A DNA stretch of 63,270 bases, the filler included, from Sluysia triapertura (taxonomy: Eukaryota), in the NCBI GenBank assembly GCA_046118255.1. It is 4 parts of 4 records of this genome, joined end to end, with 100 filler letters (N's around TTAATTAATTAA, not from the genome) between each part and the next. Parts side by side here need not be neighbours in the genome. Positions count along the whole stretch, not along the records: positions 20,800 to 33,752 come from JBJNIA010069617.1; positions 33,853 to 52,296 come from JBJNIA010149718.1; 2 more parts are not named here. One strand, written 5' to 3'. The translations under genes and the position numbers were made by a program. The notes below the pieces were generated by a model. It did no database searches, had not been told where the DNA came from, and worked only from the letters and a program-made list of their open reading frames with translations. Each line of letters opens with the position of its first letter. The stretch's first letter is position 1. Positions 28,680 through 40,943 of the stretch are shown in pieces.

Positions 28680-29708
28680 CCGGCATTTCTTATAGAGTGC
28701 CCGTATTTATTACAGTTATCACAACGTATCTCCCCTTCTGTATTATTTTGAGCCTTATCATTATATCTATTTGGACTTTTACTTCGGCCTCTGTAAACGT
28801 TAATTGTTTTTTATTTGCATTAGATGGCCATTTTGGTGCTTGTCTTTGTTCATAATTTGTTGTATTATAATTCCATTTCCTCGATTATTCTGAAATTTTA
28901 TTGGCTTAAAATTGTTTCCTCTAAAATTGTTAAAACTTCTTAGAATACCCCTATAATCGGAAATACCTCTGCGCGGGCTATTACATCTATAATTACTATT
29001 ATTTCTATTACTATTATATTCATTTTATTCTTTATAACTTAAAGAATTATTCTTATTCGAATAATTATTATAATTATTATCATATCGATTATTAAATTTA
29101 TCTTTATTAAAATTACTTCTTTTAGTTTTTGGGCTTTTACTTTCATTATCACTAACATAATTAATATTAACATAATTAATATTATTTTTCTATATTTCTT
29201 AATTTTTTAACTATTTCTTTAGAAGGCACATAAGTTCCCAATTCAGGACGTAAACTATTTTTTAGGTTATCTTTTAATATCATTTCTTTTTTATCTTCAG
29301 CAATTTTTGCTCTCTGTGCTAGATTTTTTTCATTGCAAATGCGAATTCATGAACAGTTTCATTAGCATTTTGCTTTCTTAAATTAAACATTTTATTATAA
29401 TATTTTCCCATGTCATCGAGGACAATCTCCTCGGTAAAGTTATTAATGAATGAATTCCAAGTTGCTTTATCATTTGCATTTATTTCATTATAAATCTCGA
29501 TCGCCACTCCAGTTAAATAATTATGTATTATTTTAACTTTTTCTATTTCGTTCATCCACTAGCTTCTGGATACTATCATATTCTTATAAGAAATCGCAGA
29601 GTACTTCCTCTGCTCCATTAAATTAGCGAAATTCTGGTAAGTCTACTATAGGACGCACTTCTCTTGCTAATTGTGTAATACACTCTTTAAAATCATTTGG
29701 CAGTGCAA
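28680..29708 (-). pseudogene. gag: Ty3/Gypsy-like gag pseudogene
   Basis: Capsid-like LPEFR*FNGAEEVLCDFL*EYD...KVKIIHNYLTGVAIEIYNEI...TWNSFINNF...RKQNANETVHEFAFAM, an Asn/Arg-rich linker, and zinc knuckle IRCDNCNKYGH (~28700-28730, frameshift before the last Cys). Several stops and frameshifts. Confidence 0.8.
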
Positions 29709-30192
29709 TGTGATTTCTTAATTTAGTTCTGTAATCGTTATATAATACAATGTGTTTATCATTTTTTATTCAATTATTACTTTCTTAAAATACAATTCTT
29801 ATAAATTTATAAATTTAGGGTTTAGTAATGTAATTTATTCTTTTTATCTTATAAAACTCGTAACTTGAAAATTCGTATCAACTTATTCAATATAAATTAT
29901 TTTGTAAAGCTTGTAAACTTATAACTTATACAATCAATTCGTGTGAAACTTATAAAACTTAATCGCTTATAAACTTATTTATGCCAAAACTTATAAAGTA
30001 ATCACTTATGGGCTTATATAACAAAAATTGTAATAACTTAGAAATTTATATTTTACTTGTTTACTTTGGGATACTCATTTAAAACTTATTCACTTATAAT
30101 AATCAAAACTTGGAAATACTGAGTAGGATTATATTTTATAAGATTCTCACTTTCTTATAATACTTTTATTTTATTTTAATCAATGCTGCTGG

Positions 30193-30210
30193 TCCTCACT
30201 CTGGACACCA
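30193..30210 (-). promoter_or_regulatory. Primer-binding site of the LTR retrotransposon
   Basis: TGGTGTCCAGAGTGAGGA begins with TGG (complement of tRNA CCA) and resembles tRNA-Leu-type PBSs. It lies between the putative LTR and gag. Confidence 0.65.
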
Positions 30211-30213
30211 GTT

Positions 30214-30664
30214 TATATTATGTGAGAATTTGATTTAGAAAATAAGTAAATAAAACTTTTAATTTATTTTTATTAATGCGTTTATAAATGCGTTTATATT
30301 CGTGAGTCTTCTATGTGAGTCTTACACACTTAGAGGCCAATGCATAGATGTCAGCATTTAAAGAAAATGCAAGTATTTGAGGTTGAAAGATAATTCTTGA
30401 TTCTATTTCCGCAAATTATTGTGAGTTTAAATAATTTTGTGATTTAATTCAGATATAAAAAGATATGTGAAATTGGATTTTATTAATTTTTTAATGTATG
30501 TATATTTTCGAACATTGTATAATTTGATTTCTTACGTGGAACTATATATATTCGCCTTCAATTTAAATACCGTATTCTTTAATTTTCCTTTAATTCAAAA
30601 TAAAACAGATTATTATACTAATAATAATTTATTCTTTCAAAAGAAAATTAATAGGGTCGTAACA
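30214..30664 (-). mobile_element. Putative 5' LTR of the gag element
   Basis: Begins TGTTACGACCC on the minus strand, has AATAAA near its end, and ends TTCTCACATAATATA 3 nt before the PBS. No matching 3' LTR in this contig. Confidence 0.5.
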
Positions 30665-33065
30665 GTTGTAATAAACTTATAAAATGTTAAAATCGACAAA
30701 AATTACGGTAATAATTCAAAAATTACGTTATAAAAGTAATATTCTAACAAATGCATATAAAAAAAATAATACGATTGTTACATTAAAAATGTAAATATTT
30801 ATAACAAAGTATGAAAATTTACAAATACTTGTAAACAAGTTTAAGTATTATTTTGCTGAGAAAATAATCGCGTAATTAAGTTTATAAGGATTTTATATAT
30901 GTACTTATTATTAAAAAAATATTTTTCGTCTACTTTATCAATGATTTAGAAAAACTATGTTATAAACTAACAATGTTATAAACTAACGGAATCAAATTAA
31001 TTTCAACTTATTTCTTTCTTGTAATCAAATAAAATGACTTATCCTCTCTGTTGATTCAAAATTACGTTGCTGAAATCGAATAAGTTGAATTTATTTCTTT
31101 CTTATGATCAAATAAAATGATTTATTCTTTTTGTTTGATTAAATTGACAAAGATTCAAAAATTATGTTTCTACTTGGTTTTTTCACAAAATGATGCTTTA
31201 TCAAACTTTTTAAATAATAAATATGTAATGATTTTTAAGATGGTCAATTTACATTCACAATGCACTTAAGGTGAAATAGATGAATCATAATACTGACAAT
31301 ATTATAATTATGATAATTACTAATAATGATAGCACATTTAAATAAATAATATTTTTAATACTTTAAAATAATACTTTAAAATAATAAATTTAATATTTAA
31401 TAAATAATAATTTTAATGTTTATATACTATATATATTTTTATTATTATTATTTAATTTTTATAATTTATTATTTAATTTTATTAATTATGTATTTTATCA
31501 ATTGTTAAATTATTATAATTATTTAATTTTATTTAAATGTTATTATTGTTTGAATTATCATAATTTCAAACAAAAAATAAAATTTCTAAAGAAAAAATTC
31601 AATTAAGTATAAATAGCTTGAACTTTGGAACGAAATATATAAATTAATTTAAAAATTTTCAGTTTGCAGTGCAATTTAAAAATTTTTCAGTGCGATTTAT
31701 TTGGTATCATATTATTGGAAGAAAAGAAAATCATTACTAAATTATTTTAGAACAATTTATTGAAAATCTTAAAGAACGGATTCATTCCTCATTCTATTTT
31801 TTAAGGAATCATTTAATTGGAATCAATAATTTTTTAAAATAAAAAAAGAAAATTCCATTAGTTTATTAAAAATTTAATTTTAATAATATAAATCTCAAGT
31901 AAAATAACATTCTTATTTAGTAATTTTCCTTACTAATATAAAATAAGTACAAACAAATTATTTAGTAATTATTTAAAATATTTAATAATAAATGATAAAC
32001 TCAATATTGATATTATAAACCATTGCTTTATGAATTTTTGAGAGTAATTCTTTGTTGATAGTATTACATTTTTACGACTGATTTGAAAGACTTGTTGATT
32101 TTATTATAATCAATTGTACTATTAATCTATTAACATTTACATTGTAGTTCTTTTAATATTACTTCATTTCATTATATTCATTTTTACCATCAATATTTAC
32201 CATTAATAAAGGTATTTAAAAAGTCATTTGTTGTACTTAAAATAATAATTATTATTATTGTGCCTAAATAAGTTACAAATTTTTATAAGTTAGAGTGAAT
32301 AAGAAAGACTTATAAAATCTCTTTATACTCATTTTCACGCTGCAAAAAATCTAAGTGCCAGCCTTTAGTGAGTTATTCCAGTATCATAGAGAAGTCATTT
32401 TAAAATATACAAAAAGATCGACAATAAAATAACAAATAAAAGAAAATATTATTAGCATAATATTTTAACTATATAATGTTATGCTAATATCATTAACATA
32501 ATATAGTTAGCAAAAAGTCTTCAAGTATAATAACTAGTAGATAAACATTAACTTATTATAACTAAAGAGAAAGATTGTACCACATATTATAACCTTAACC
32601 TATTTCTTTAGTAAAATAAAGAGTACCTTGTACTCAGTGAAATTAAAATACTCATAAATGGTGGAATATAAAATACAGAATACACAGGTACTCGTGCATT
32701 AAATTATTAAAAACAATTGTAAATGATGCTTTCTTTAGGAAACTACATCATTCCTAAGTAAAAATCATTAGATTCCTTTCAAAAGACTATTAAATCCACT
32801 CGATTTTGCACATTACTTTCTCAACATCAACATGAAAACCATTTACTGAATAATATGAAACATTAATTCAATTTATAATAATAGAAAAAGAATTATTGAT
32901 CATTTATAAGAAAAAAATTAATTTTAATGTTTCACTAACTTTAATAATAATAATAATAGTTATACATAAAGATTTTTATAATTTTTCAATATAAAATATT
33001 AATTAAAACTTTAATCATATCTTCGGTATTTTAATTGTTAATTAAATCTAATTAAATAAAATTAA

Positions 33066-33455
33066 AGTAAGAAATATCATTTTAATCAGAATATTATTAA
33101 TATAAACATCAGAGATAATGAAAGCTTCAGAAATTCAGAAAGAATATTTCTCATTTATGTACACAGTTACCATATAATTTCATTAGATGTAATATTAAAT
33201 GCATTAATTAAATATATCAAACTGAAAAAAAGAAAGTCAGTAGTACAAATGCAGCAGTCAAAACAGAAAACACCATATGATAATGATAAATTCATCATAA
33301 TGATTTTGTTGGTGTGTGTTATCTCATTAATTACCAGTTGTTATCTTACAAATAACACACGAAATATTTTAGCATTATTATCACCGTTATTTTCTAAATA
33401 TTATTGTATTTGTTTTATCTTATTTTTTGTGACAATAAATAAACCGCGTATATAA
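33066..33455 (+). pseudogene. Possible GPCR (rhodopsin-like TM5-TM7) fragment
   Basis: 130-codon open frame with three hydrophobic segments: IFLIYVHSYHIISLDVILNALI, DKFIIMILLVCVISLITSCYL and ILALLSPLFSKYYCICFILFFV. A basic loop (KLKKRK...QQSKQK) lies between the first two. No start codon or N-terminal half identified. Confidence 0.3.
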
Positions 33456-33752
33456 TTTTTAAAATCAATTTCTTCAATTATCTTATTCTAATACGACGAC
33501 GATGCATTCGTTAAATAAATTTAGTAATAGAATTACATTAAAATTTGTTATACAAACATACACAAACATTTCAATTTGTTCAATATCGTTTATGTAATGA
33601 TTTTGTAAAATTTATAATATGAAAATTAACTATGTTGCTTTTTTGAAGCATAAAAAATTCAATTAGTTACTTCTTTCTGTCTAACCTGACACATTTCTTT
33701 GAATTATTTAATTAGCTAATTATTTATTTAATGAAATTTTGGGTATATATAT

Positions 33753-33852
33753 NNNNNNNNNNNNNNNNNNNNNNNNNNNNNNNNNNNNNNNNNNNNTTAA
33801 TTAATTAANNNNNNNNNNNNNNNNNNNNNNNNNNNNNNNNNNNNNNNNNNNN
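33753..33852. other. Artificial contig linker (assembly gap)
   Basis: N44-TTAATTAATTAA-N44. Confidence 0.98.
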
Positions 33853-33978
33853 AAGAAAAAAGCAAAGTTCTTTCTGTTTCAGAAATACTATGGTGAATGA
33901 TATACCATAAGCGCTTTTGAGTACTTTCGTGGTAGATATGAGCGCCACATAAATTAATATATTATTATTATTATTATT
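33853..33978 (+). mobile_element. L2/CR1-clade LINE 3' end (copy 2), truncated by the contig edge
   Basis: GCAAAGTTCTTTCTGTTTCAGAAATACTATGG..AAGCGCTTTTGAGTAC..TAGATATGAGCGC..(ATT)n; reverse complement of copies 1 and 3. Confidence 0.75.
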
Positions 33979-34239
33979 AAATTCTTATGTTAATTACTTA
34001 ATCTTAATCCTTAAATAATATTATTCCAAAAATCTTAATTACTTAATCTTTATGTTAATTCTTCTTAAAAATCTCAAATTCTTCTTTAATTCGATAATAA
34101 TCCTTAAATTCCTCTTAAATACTTAATTGCAAAAATCCTAGTAATTACTTAATCTTTATATAATTGTTCACGAATTCTTCTTAAATTCAATTCTATGACA
34201 AAAAATCTTCTTAATTATTAATTTATATTATTGTCTCAA

Positions 34240-34370
34240 TACTGGTTCTCATTCTGGTTCTTATTCTATGTGAGAAAAGTAAAGCAAATAGAATAAAGTA
34301 AGTTAAAGATGTGAGTCCACCAACGTACTGGACTTACCTGCTAGGACCAGCCGTTGGATTTTTATAAGAT
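34240..34370 (-). mobile_element. LTR-end/PBS remnant related to 40776-40943 and 30190-30260
   Basis: Reverse complement CCAACGGCTGGTCCTAGCAGGTAAGTCCAGTACGTTGGTGGACTCACAT matches 40781-40832. CTGGTTCTCATTCTGG resembles the PBS region CTGGTCCTCACTCTGG. Confidence 0.55.
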
Positions 34371-36309
34371 AATTTGGAAGAAAATATGTCAAAGGAGTGC
34401 TTTTTATCTGGAGGTGAATTTTATATCCTTCCTATCTTAATAGTTCAAATTACAAATTTAAAAATTAAATAAAAATCAAATTTAGTTGCAGTTTTCGCGT
34501 AAAATTCCTTTATACGGAATCGTAAATAAGATTTTACTTACTGGAATTAAATACTAGTTTTTCGAAAGCTATCAAAACGTATAATTTTAATAGAATTTGA
34601 AACTATGTAAGTTAGTAATGAAAAAATTATAAAATAAAAATCTTTTATTTTGCAACAAGTTATACAATTAACAAATACCACTAATAGTCACAATAAAATT
34701 TATGTAAACAAACTATTTTCCAGTTAGTTACAATCAAATATAGAGATTTTATAAAAAGATTTTACCTGAGATCATTATATGATCTAAAATGTTATTAATA
34801 AAGTTTAAGTGGATTTTACTATTGATATATGGTATATCAATATAACAATATTAAACTAACGTCACTTTATGTTGATCAGGAAAGTGGTTATTCTTTTTTA
34901 ACCACCAAAATTTTGATAAAATATGTTGAATAAAATTTTCTCGTGTTATAACTTTAAATAACAAATCCTGTGTTATGATTTTAAAAAAGATCTTGCGTTT
35001 TTAGGTTGAAAATGTTATGCCTATATATTTGTTTTAGTCCGACCTTGATCAGACTAAAACAAATATTAAAATATTTAAATCTTAAAACAAATAAAATATT
35101 AACTACAAAAGTGACGCTAGTAAAAAATGTTTTTAAATAAAATTTAATAAATTTCCGATTTTAATAAAATTTAATAAATTATATATAAAAAATACCTTTA
35201 AATTATTTCCAATTAAGAATAAAATCAATTATTTCCAATTAAGAATAAAATTAATCAATAAATCAATACACGTAGTTGTTTATAAATTGTCACAATAATA
35301 AAGTTTGTATATCAAAGAGTAACATATAGTCATCATTTAGTTAGTAACATATAGTCATCATAATTTACATATTAATTCTTATATAAGAATTAATTTAAAT
35401 TGGAAATGAAGATTAAGCTAAATTTGAAATGAGTTTTTTATTTCTTTTTATTTAGATTTATTTTTTATATTATTTTATACATTTTATTTTATTTATATAT
35501 ATTTTATTGAAAATATTACCAAATTTATTTCTATTAACTTAGAATTATTATAATCAAAGTCAATTAAGAAGACTAAATTGTTTTTGAAAGAAAATAGTAA
35601 ATTAGATTTAAATTTAATTTCAGGAAACATAAAATCGGTATAATTTTCTTTTTTAAAAAATTAATAAAAGTATATATAAATAGATTACATTCGAAATTAA
35701 AATAATTATTTACATTATACATGCTACTTTTGTTTTTAAATCAAATATAATTAGTTTTTCATATATTTATCTTTAATTTAATCTTTTAATTTAATTTGGT
35801 TAAACAATTCAAATTTTTAAATTTTAATTTTAATTTAATATGAATATTTTAAAATATTTTTAATTTTATTGTTTACATTTTTACTTAGACCTGATAATAT
35901 ATTTTCAAATTATAAAACAATACTAAATTTCAATATTAATGAAATTATACTTGTGATGATACAATAGTAATAAAAATGCAAAGTTTCATCAATAATTTTA
36001 AATAAATTAAATACATTTATATTTTGTTACTATTTTTTATTTATTTGATTTTATTATTATGAAAAAAATGAAAATACTGTTTAAATAAAGAATTTCCTAT
36101 TTTCTACATTAAACTTATCAAATAGAAACATTAACGTGATCATAATACTGCTGATTTAAATGTTTTTTGAAATTTCTTTAATAACGTATTTCTATTTTCT
36201 TATAAATATTCGATCTTATTTTATATTTAATGTTTTCAAAAATTACTAAATAAAATACAACACAAAATAAATATCAATTTAGCTTTAATGTATTAAAATA
36301 AACACAAAA

Positions 36310-36535
36310 TCAATTATCGTTTAATTTATCTGCATTTTTGACAAATTTAGAAAATTCTAAAAAAACATAATATTAATCAATAAAAAATTAAATAAATTTA
36401 AACCTTCAAAATCAATAATTCCATCATTATTAAGATCGGCAAATGTCATAATTTCGTCTATTTCTAATTCTGTTAAAGATTCTCCAATATTTACCATAAC
36501 TATTTTCATTTCATTACGAGTAACTCGACCATCTC
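36310..36535 (-). CDS. Calmodulin-like EF-hand protein, last two exons only
   Basis: Exons 36535-36404 and 36356-36310 (47-nt GT-AG intron) give xDGRVTRNEMKIVMVNIGESLTELEIDEIMTFADLNNDGIIDFEEFSKFVKNADKLNDN*, a calmodulin C-lobe with canonical loop DLNNDGIIDFEE. 5' exons not located. Confidence 0.85.
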
Positions 36536-36684
36536 CTAAATTATGTAAAATATTTTGATAAAATATTTGTAATTATCTTCATTTTATTTTATTATATTTT
36601 ACTATTAGCATAAAAATATTTATTCCCTTTAATTTTTATTTCAATAAATAATTAAAACATTTGCTCAAATAAATATCAAAATAA

Positions 36685-37101
36685 ATGTGTACATCAATAT
36701 TAAATATATTTTGGAACCGAAATAAAATCTTTACGAAAGTTTAAAAATCTAACAGCTCACATTTAAATGTCAAAGATAAATGTTATTTTATTATTTTTAT
36801 TTTTAGATTAATTTTAATAAGATTAATATTCAACCTTGTAACCTTAATGCTGGTTCCATAGCCAAAGAAAATTTTCATAAAGTTTCAAAAATATATAACG
36901 ATTCTGTATGTATTAAAAAAATTAAACATTAAAATAAAGATTAAAGATAGACATAAATCTACATCACTTAAGCCAGAAATTGGATACTTAGGTATAATTT
37001 TGCTTAAAGATAACCCAAGACCAAAAGGAAAATTGTTCAAATTATTATTACCTGTTTTACTCGAACGTGAAACAGAGAGGTTGAAAAGGGGGAAGATTTG
37101 A
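36685..37101 (+). CDS. Hypothetical 104-aa basic protein, 3 exons
   Basis: Exons 36685-36738, 36807-36905 and 36940-37101 with phase-0 GT-AG introns of 68 and 34 nt: MCTSILNIFWNRNKIFTKINFNKINIQPC...KPEIGYLGIILLKDNPRPKGKLFKLLLPVLLERETERLKRGKI*. Confidence 0.55.
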
Positions 37102-37276
37102 AACTGAATTACTTACAAGATTACAGGATTAAAATGCTTATTTTTTTCATGAGCATGGTGTTTTATAATATAATTATAATTATTATTTATATTTACTTTA
37201 AAAATTTACAAAACATCAAATTCCAAAATATATTATGAATCTTGAGTTTTAAAAAATAATCATAATACAGATTTAA

Positions 37277-38913
37277 CCCTTAAAATGTATCAAGCCATGT
37301 AAATTGTTTTTCTAATATTAATGAAAAAAATGTTTACTAATAACACTCATTTTTCCTAGAATCATGTATGATGTCAGCAGGAATACCGTTATCATAAAAA
37401 GTTCACTTTTGTTATGTACTTCATTAGCTGGATTGATATTACTTCGTGAAAATTTAATTTGCTATTAAGTATTACCGTTATAATTTTGTTCCTAATAATA
37501 CAACAATTATTTTAGAAGTGTTTTTATTCATTTTAATATATTTATTTTATTGCCACAAAGATAATTTTATAATTTGGAGTTCCCAAAAAAATATGAAATG
37601 GAAAAAATTATTTTGTAAATGGATTATATCAAAAAATGTACACAAAATGCAATTTGACTATGGTTGGTTCTGGAAAAAATAGGCGCAATATTCCACAACA
37701 ATTACTGATAACTATTAATCCTGTGAATTCATCTGTGCACCATAAAATTCAGCTAATTCGTTTTGAATCGAAAAGAGGAAAAACTATCCTTCCTTTATCA
37801 AGCACATACGATCGTTCAAAATTTTCTGAGTGTGGTAAAAGTGTGAATGTTAACACTCCCAAAAAATACATATTACAAGTATGGTTGAAATAATTCAGGC
37901 CGATATAAAAATACAAGTATTTTGTAGAACGTCCCTTGATAACTTCTGAAACTAACTAGCACTGAATAAGGCTAGGCTGTGAAGAGAAAAGTAATCTTGT
38001 TAGAATTAATTCGATATTTATGAAAATATTGTTTTTTGAAAATTATAATCTTTTATAATTTATAGTGATGCATAATTGAAATGTAATAATTAACTTATCC
38101 TTAAATTATTATCACAATAATATTAAGTTTTTTATAATACCTTGTCTTAAGGAATTACAAAAAATTTTAGAGAATTGTTAAGTTCTTTCTAATGCGGAAA
38201 TCTTATGTGTGAATTTATATTAGGCGTTTTTTAGTTCTTAATAAAAGCTGTAAATTATGAAGTTGCACTGTTTAGTTGTATTTTATAATAAGTAATAAGT
38301 AATTATTACAAAACATTACAGGAAATAGAGTTAACATAAGTTTTATGTCGTTAAATTAATATCTCTAGAAGTTGTAGACTAAAAAGTTATGAGACCCATG
38401 ACATGTTTAGAGTTTTAAGTGATTTGTTTATGAGTGTTTTGGTGTCGGCTTTTATAATTAAATTCATAGGTTTAGATTTGAGCCATAACGCAGGCGCTTG
38501 TCCAGAAACTAATAAAACAGGATACATTTGATCAACTATGCAAAAAATGCTCTGTTGATCGAAAGATTCGAAGTATTTTATGGATTCCTGGATACATCGT
38601 TTATAAACTTGAATAGTATCGAAAACATTATCAAACATTGGCAGTTAGAATTAGGATTTTGTCTTATTGAACTGTTTCATACAGAACGTTTTAAAATACC
38701 GTATTTGCCACATAACTGAGGAGAATAATATTAGAAATATTCGATGAAAAATTAAGGAAATAACGCTAATACCACCATCCACATCTAAGCAAGGAAGATG
38801 CTGTGTATGTACAAGGAACGAAGATAAAATATACTGTGAAATGTACAATATGCACCAACTTCATTTTTAAAAGGGTACCACAATATATTACTTGCAATAA
38901 CTGTAAAAAATAA
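37277..38913 (+). mobile_element. Degenerate piggyBac transposon (transposase pseudogene fragments)
   Basis: TTAA|CCCT at 37273-37280. Fragments: LTMVGSGKNRRNIPQQLL...KTILPLSSTYD (37636-37893), DTFDQLCKKCSVDRKIR (third catalytic Asp region), VFYGFLDTSFIN, ERFKIPYLP, and a C-terminal Cys-rich domain GRCCVCTRNEDK..KCTIC..TCNNCKK*. Confidence 0.85.
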
Positions 38914-39732
38914 ATTTTATAATTTTCATGAAACATTCAATTCTTATAATATGTCAAATATTATTTGTATATCTTTATTAAATTTATAAAATAAAATTCA
39001 TATGCCGGAATGAAATTATACCTACGTTTACAGTTCTGCTTTAAATTAAGTTAACTATTTTTATTAAGACATTAGCGAGGTCCTTTTAAGTAAAATATTT
39101 TAAACTAGATGTTTAATCCAACAATAAATTTAATCTGCACTATTAAAACAATAAATAAAAACAGGAAAATACCAATATGTACGTGGTAAATTCATTAAGC
39201 AGAAAATAAATGCGTACACATATTTTAAAACCATTACTCCGCGTTACAAGATATTTCATATTTATAGTACAGAAATATTTTGCTTGTTCTTAATAATATT
39301 TCTTGACAATAAGCAATAATTCAGATGAAATTTAAAATTTCAATCTTATCAAAAACTTCTTTAAATACTTGTACAATCAAAATCACTATAAGATGAATGT
39401 TTGATTCTTCGATCAATTATTTCGTATACATTTTTATCTTTTATTACAAAAAACTTTATCACTGATTTCATTAATACTATAGCGAGTAAAATTTAATATT
39501 AAATAATATATATATTTTCTTAACCTGGATATAATTATATAACTTTAAACAAAATATAAAACCCTTTCTTACTTTTCTTTCATTAGTAAACTCATAATTT
39601 GAACTCAAAATTTTCAATAGACAAAACCTATACATTTATTTGTGAATATAAAAATAATTTATTTTTAGTATTTATTATTCATTTTAGTTTTAATAATACT
39701 TTGTCGCCATATATAATTGATCCTTTCAGTAC

Positions 39733-39789
<57 letters not shown>
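39733..39789. repeat. (TAA)n microsatellite
   Basis: About 19 perfect units. Confidence 0.97.
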
Positions 39790-39791
<2 letters not shown>

Positions 39792-39899
39792 GTAATAATA
39801 AGAAGAAGAATAATAATTATAAAACTAATAACAATAAAAATGCATAAAAGTCTTGGACCTAATTACACGATCTTTTCTTTATCTTATGCTTTTCTTACA

Positions 39900-40616
39900 T
39901 ATTGAGGTTGGGATAAAATAATATGAGAATAAACAAATAAAGGATAATGAAAAGGGTTAATGAATTCTCTGAAGTTATCATAGACTTATTTTTGAAAGAT
40001 GTAATGGTTATAGTTATAAATGAAATGGAAAGTGTTAAAAATAATTTATTAGAGTTTATTGAAATTTTGTAAATTGAAAACAAGATCTATGCATTAGATT
40101 TAAGTTTGAAATACTTGTTGAAAAGATTAAAGTTATTTTAATCTTGAATGATGATTGCAAAATAAGTTTTAATATTTATTATAATGTTGTTACAAGTATT
40201 TGTTTTGATTTATATATATGAAATGAGATTAAGTTGTTGTGGTTGATTGAGGATTTAGTTGTAGTTGACTTATGTTTCTGAGGTAATTGTTAGCATTGTT
40301 TTGATGTTATTATGTTTATGATTTATGAAGTTTATGCTGTGATTATGACTTGTTTGATGAAGTATTTAATGATTAAATGTTATGAATTGTTTGAACTGGG
40401 TGTAGAAGTTTATTGAGTTGGAAATGGTTGAGATATAAATTGATCTGTTGGTGAATATAAGTTAGTGAGGTATTGTGATTGTGGAATGTTGTTTGTAGCA
40501 TTTGTGATGATGTAGTTGTAAAGTAAAGATATAACTGTTGGGAAAATGATATTTTAATGAGATTAGGTTTAGAATTGTTGTATCTGGATTTTAGGTTATA
40601 TATGTTGACCACTACA
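39900..40616 (+). mobile_element. Strand-asymmetric LTR-like repeat ending ...CCACTACA (copy B)
   Basis: G/T-rich on the plus strand and ends GTTGACCACTACA. Terminus homologous to 26888-27400; left boundary approximate. Confidence 0.55.
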
Positions 40617-40775
40617 AACCTAATTAAAATCTTGTCAACTAAAATTCCTTTCTAAAATTTTTCGGTTCATTTTGAAGAACCACATTAAAATAACTATTAA
40701 ATTTTGTGATTTACGTGATTAGAACATCAGCCACATATTAAAGTAATCTCCATAAGCGTTGTCTTTTCAATCACA

Positions 40776-40943
40776 AAAAACCAACGACTAGCCCTAACCG
40801 GTAAGACTAGTAGTACGTTGGTGAACTCACATTTAATTTTATTCGTAAGACTAGGATAAGGAAAAAACACTATCAGATAAACTTTTACTTACTTTTATTC
40901 GTGAGTACTTCAGTTAAGCTTTAAAAATTCTCACACTATTGAC
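40776..40943 (+). mobile_element. 3' part of a solo-LTR-like repeat
   Basis: Homologous to the reverse complement of 34270-34365; ends TTCTCACACTATTGACA (CA terminus). Confidence 0.5.

Noticed and set aside
34855-35121. Possible MITE with ACTA(A/G)CGTCACTTT ends and an internal 15-bp-arm hairpin near 35040
   Set aside because: The inverted match is short and no target-site duplication is evident; plausible but not supportable.
30955-35361. Short direct repeats (30957-30987, 31007-31170, 35202-35250, 35319-35361) as a CRISPR-like array
   Set aside because: Two-copy local tandem duplications without regular unique spacers, in a eukaryotic genome.
39599-39905. ORFs with poly-Asn / poly-Ile
   Set aside because: They are translations of the (TAA)n microsatellite.
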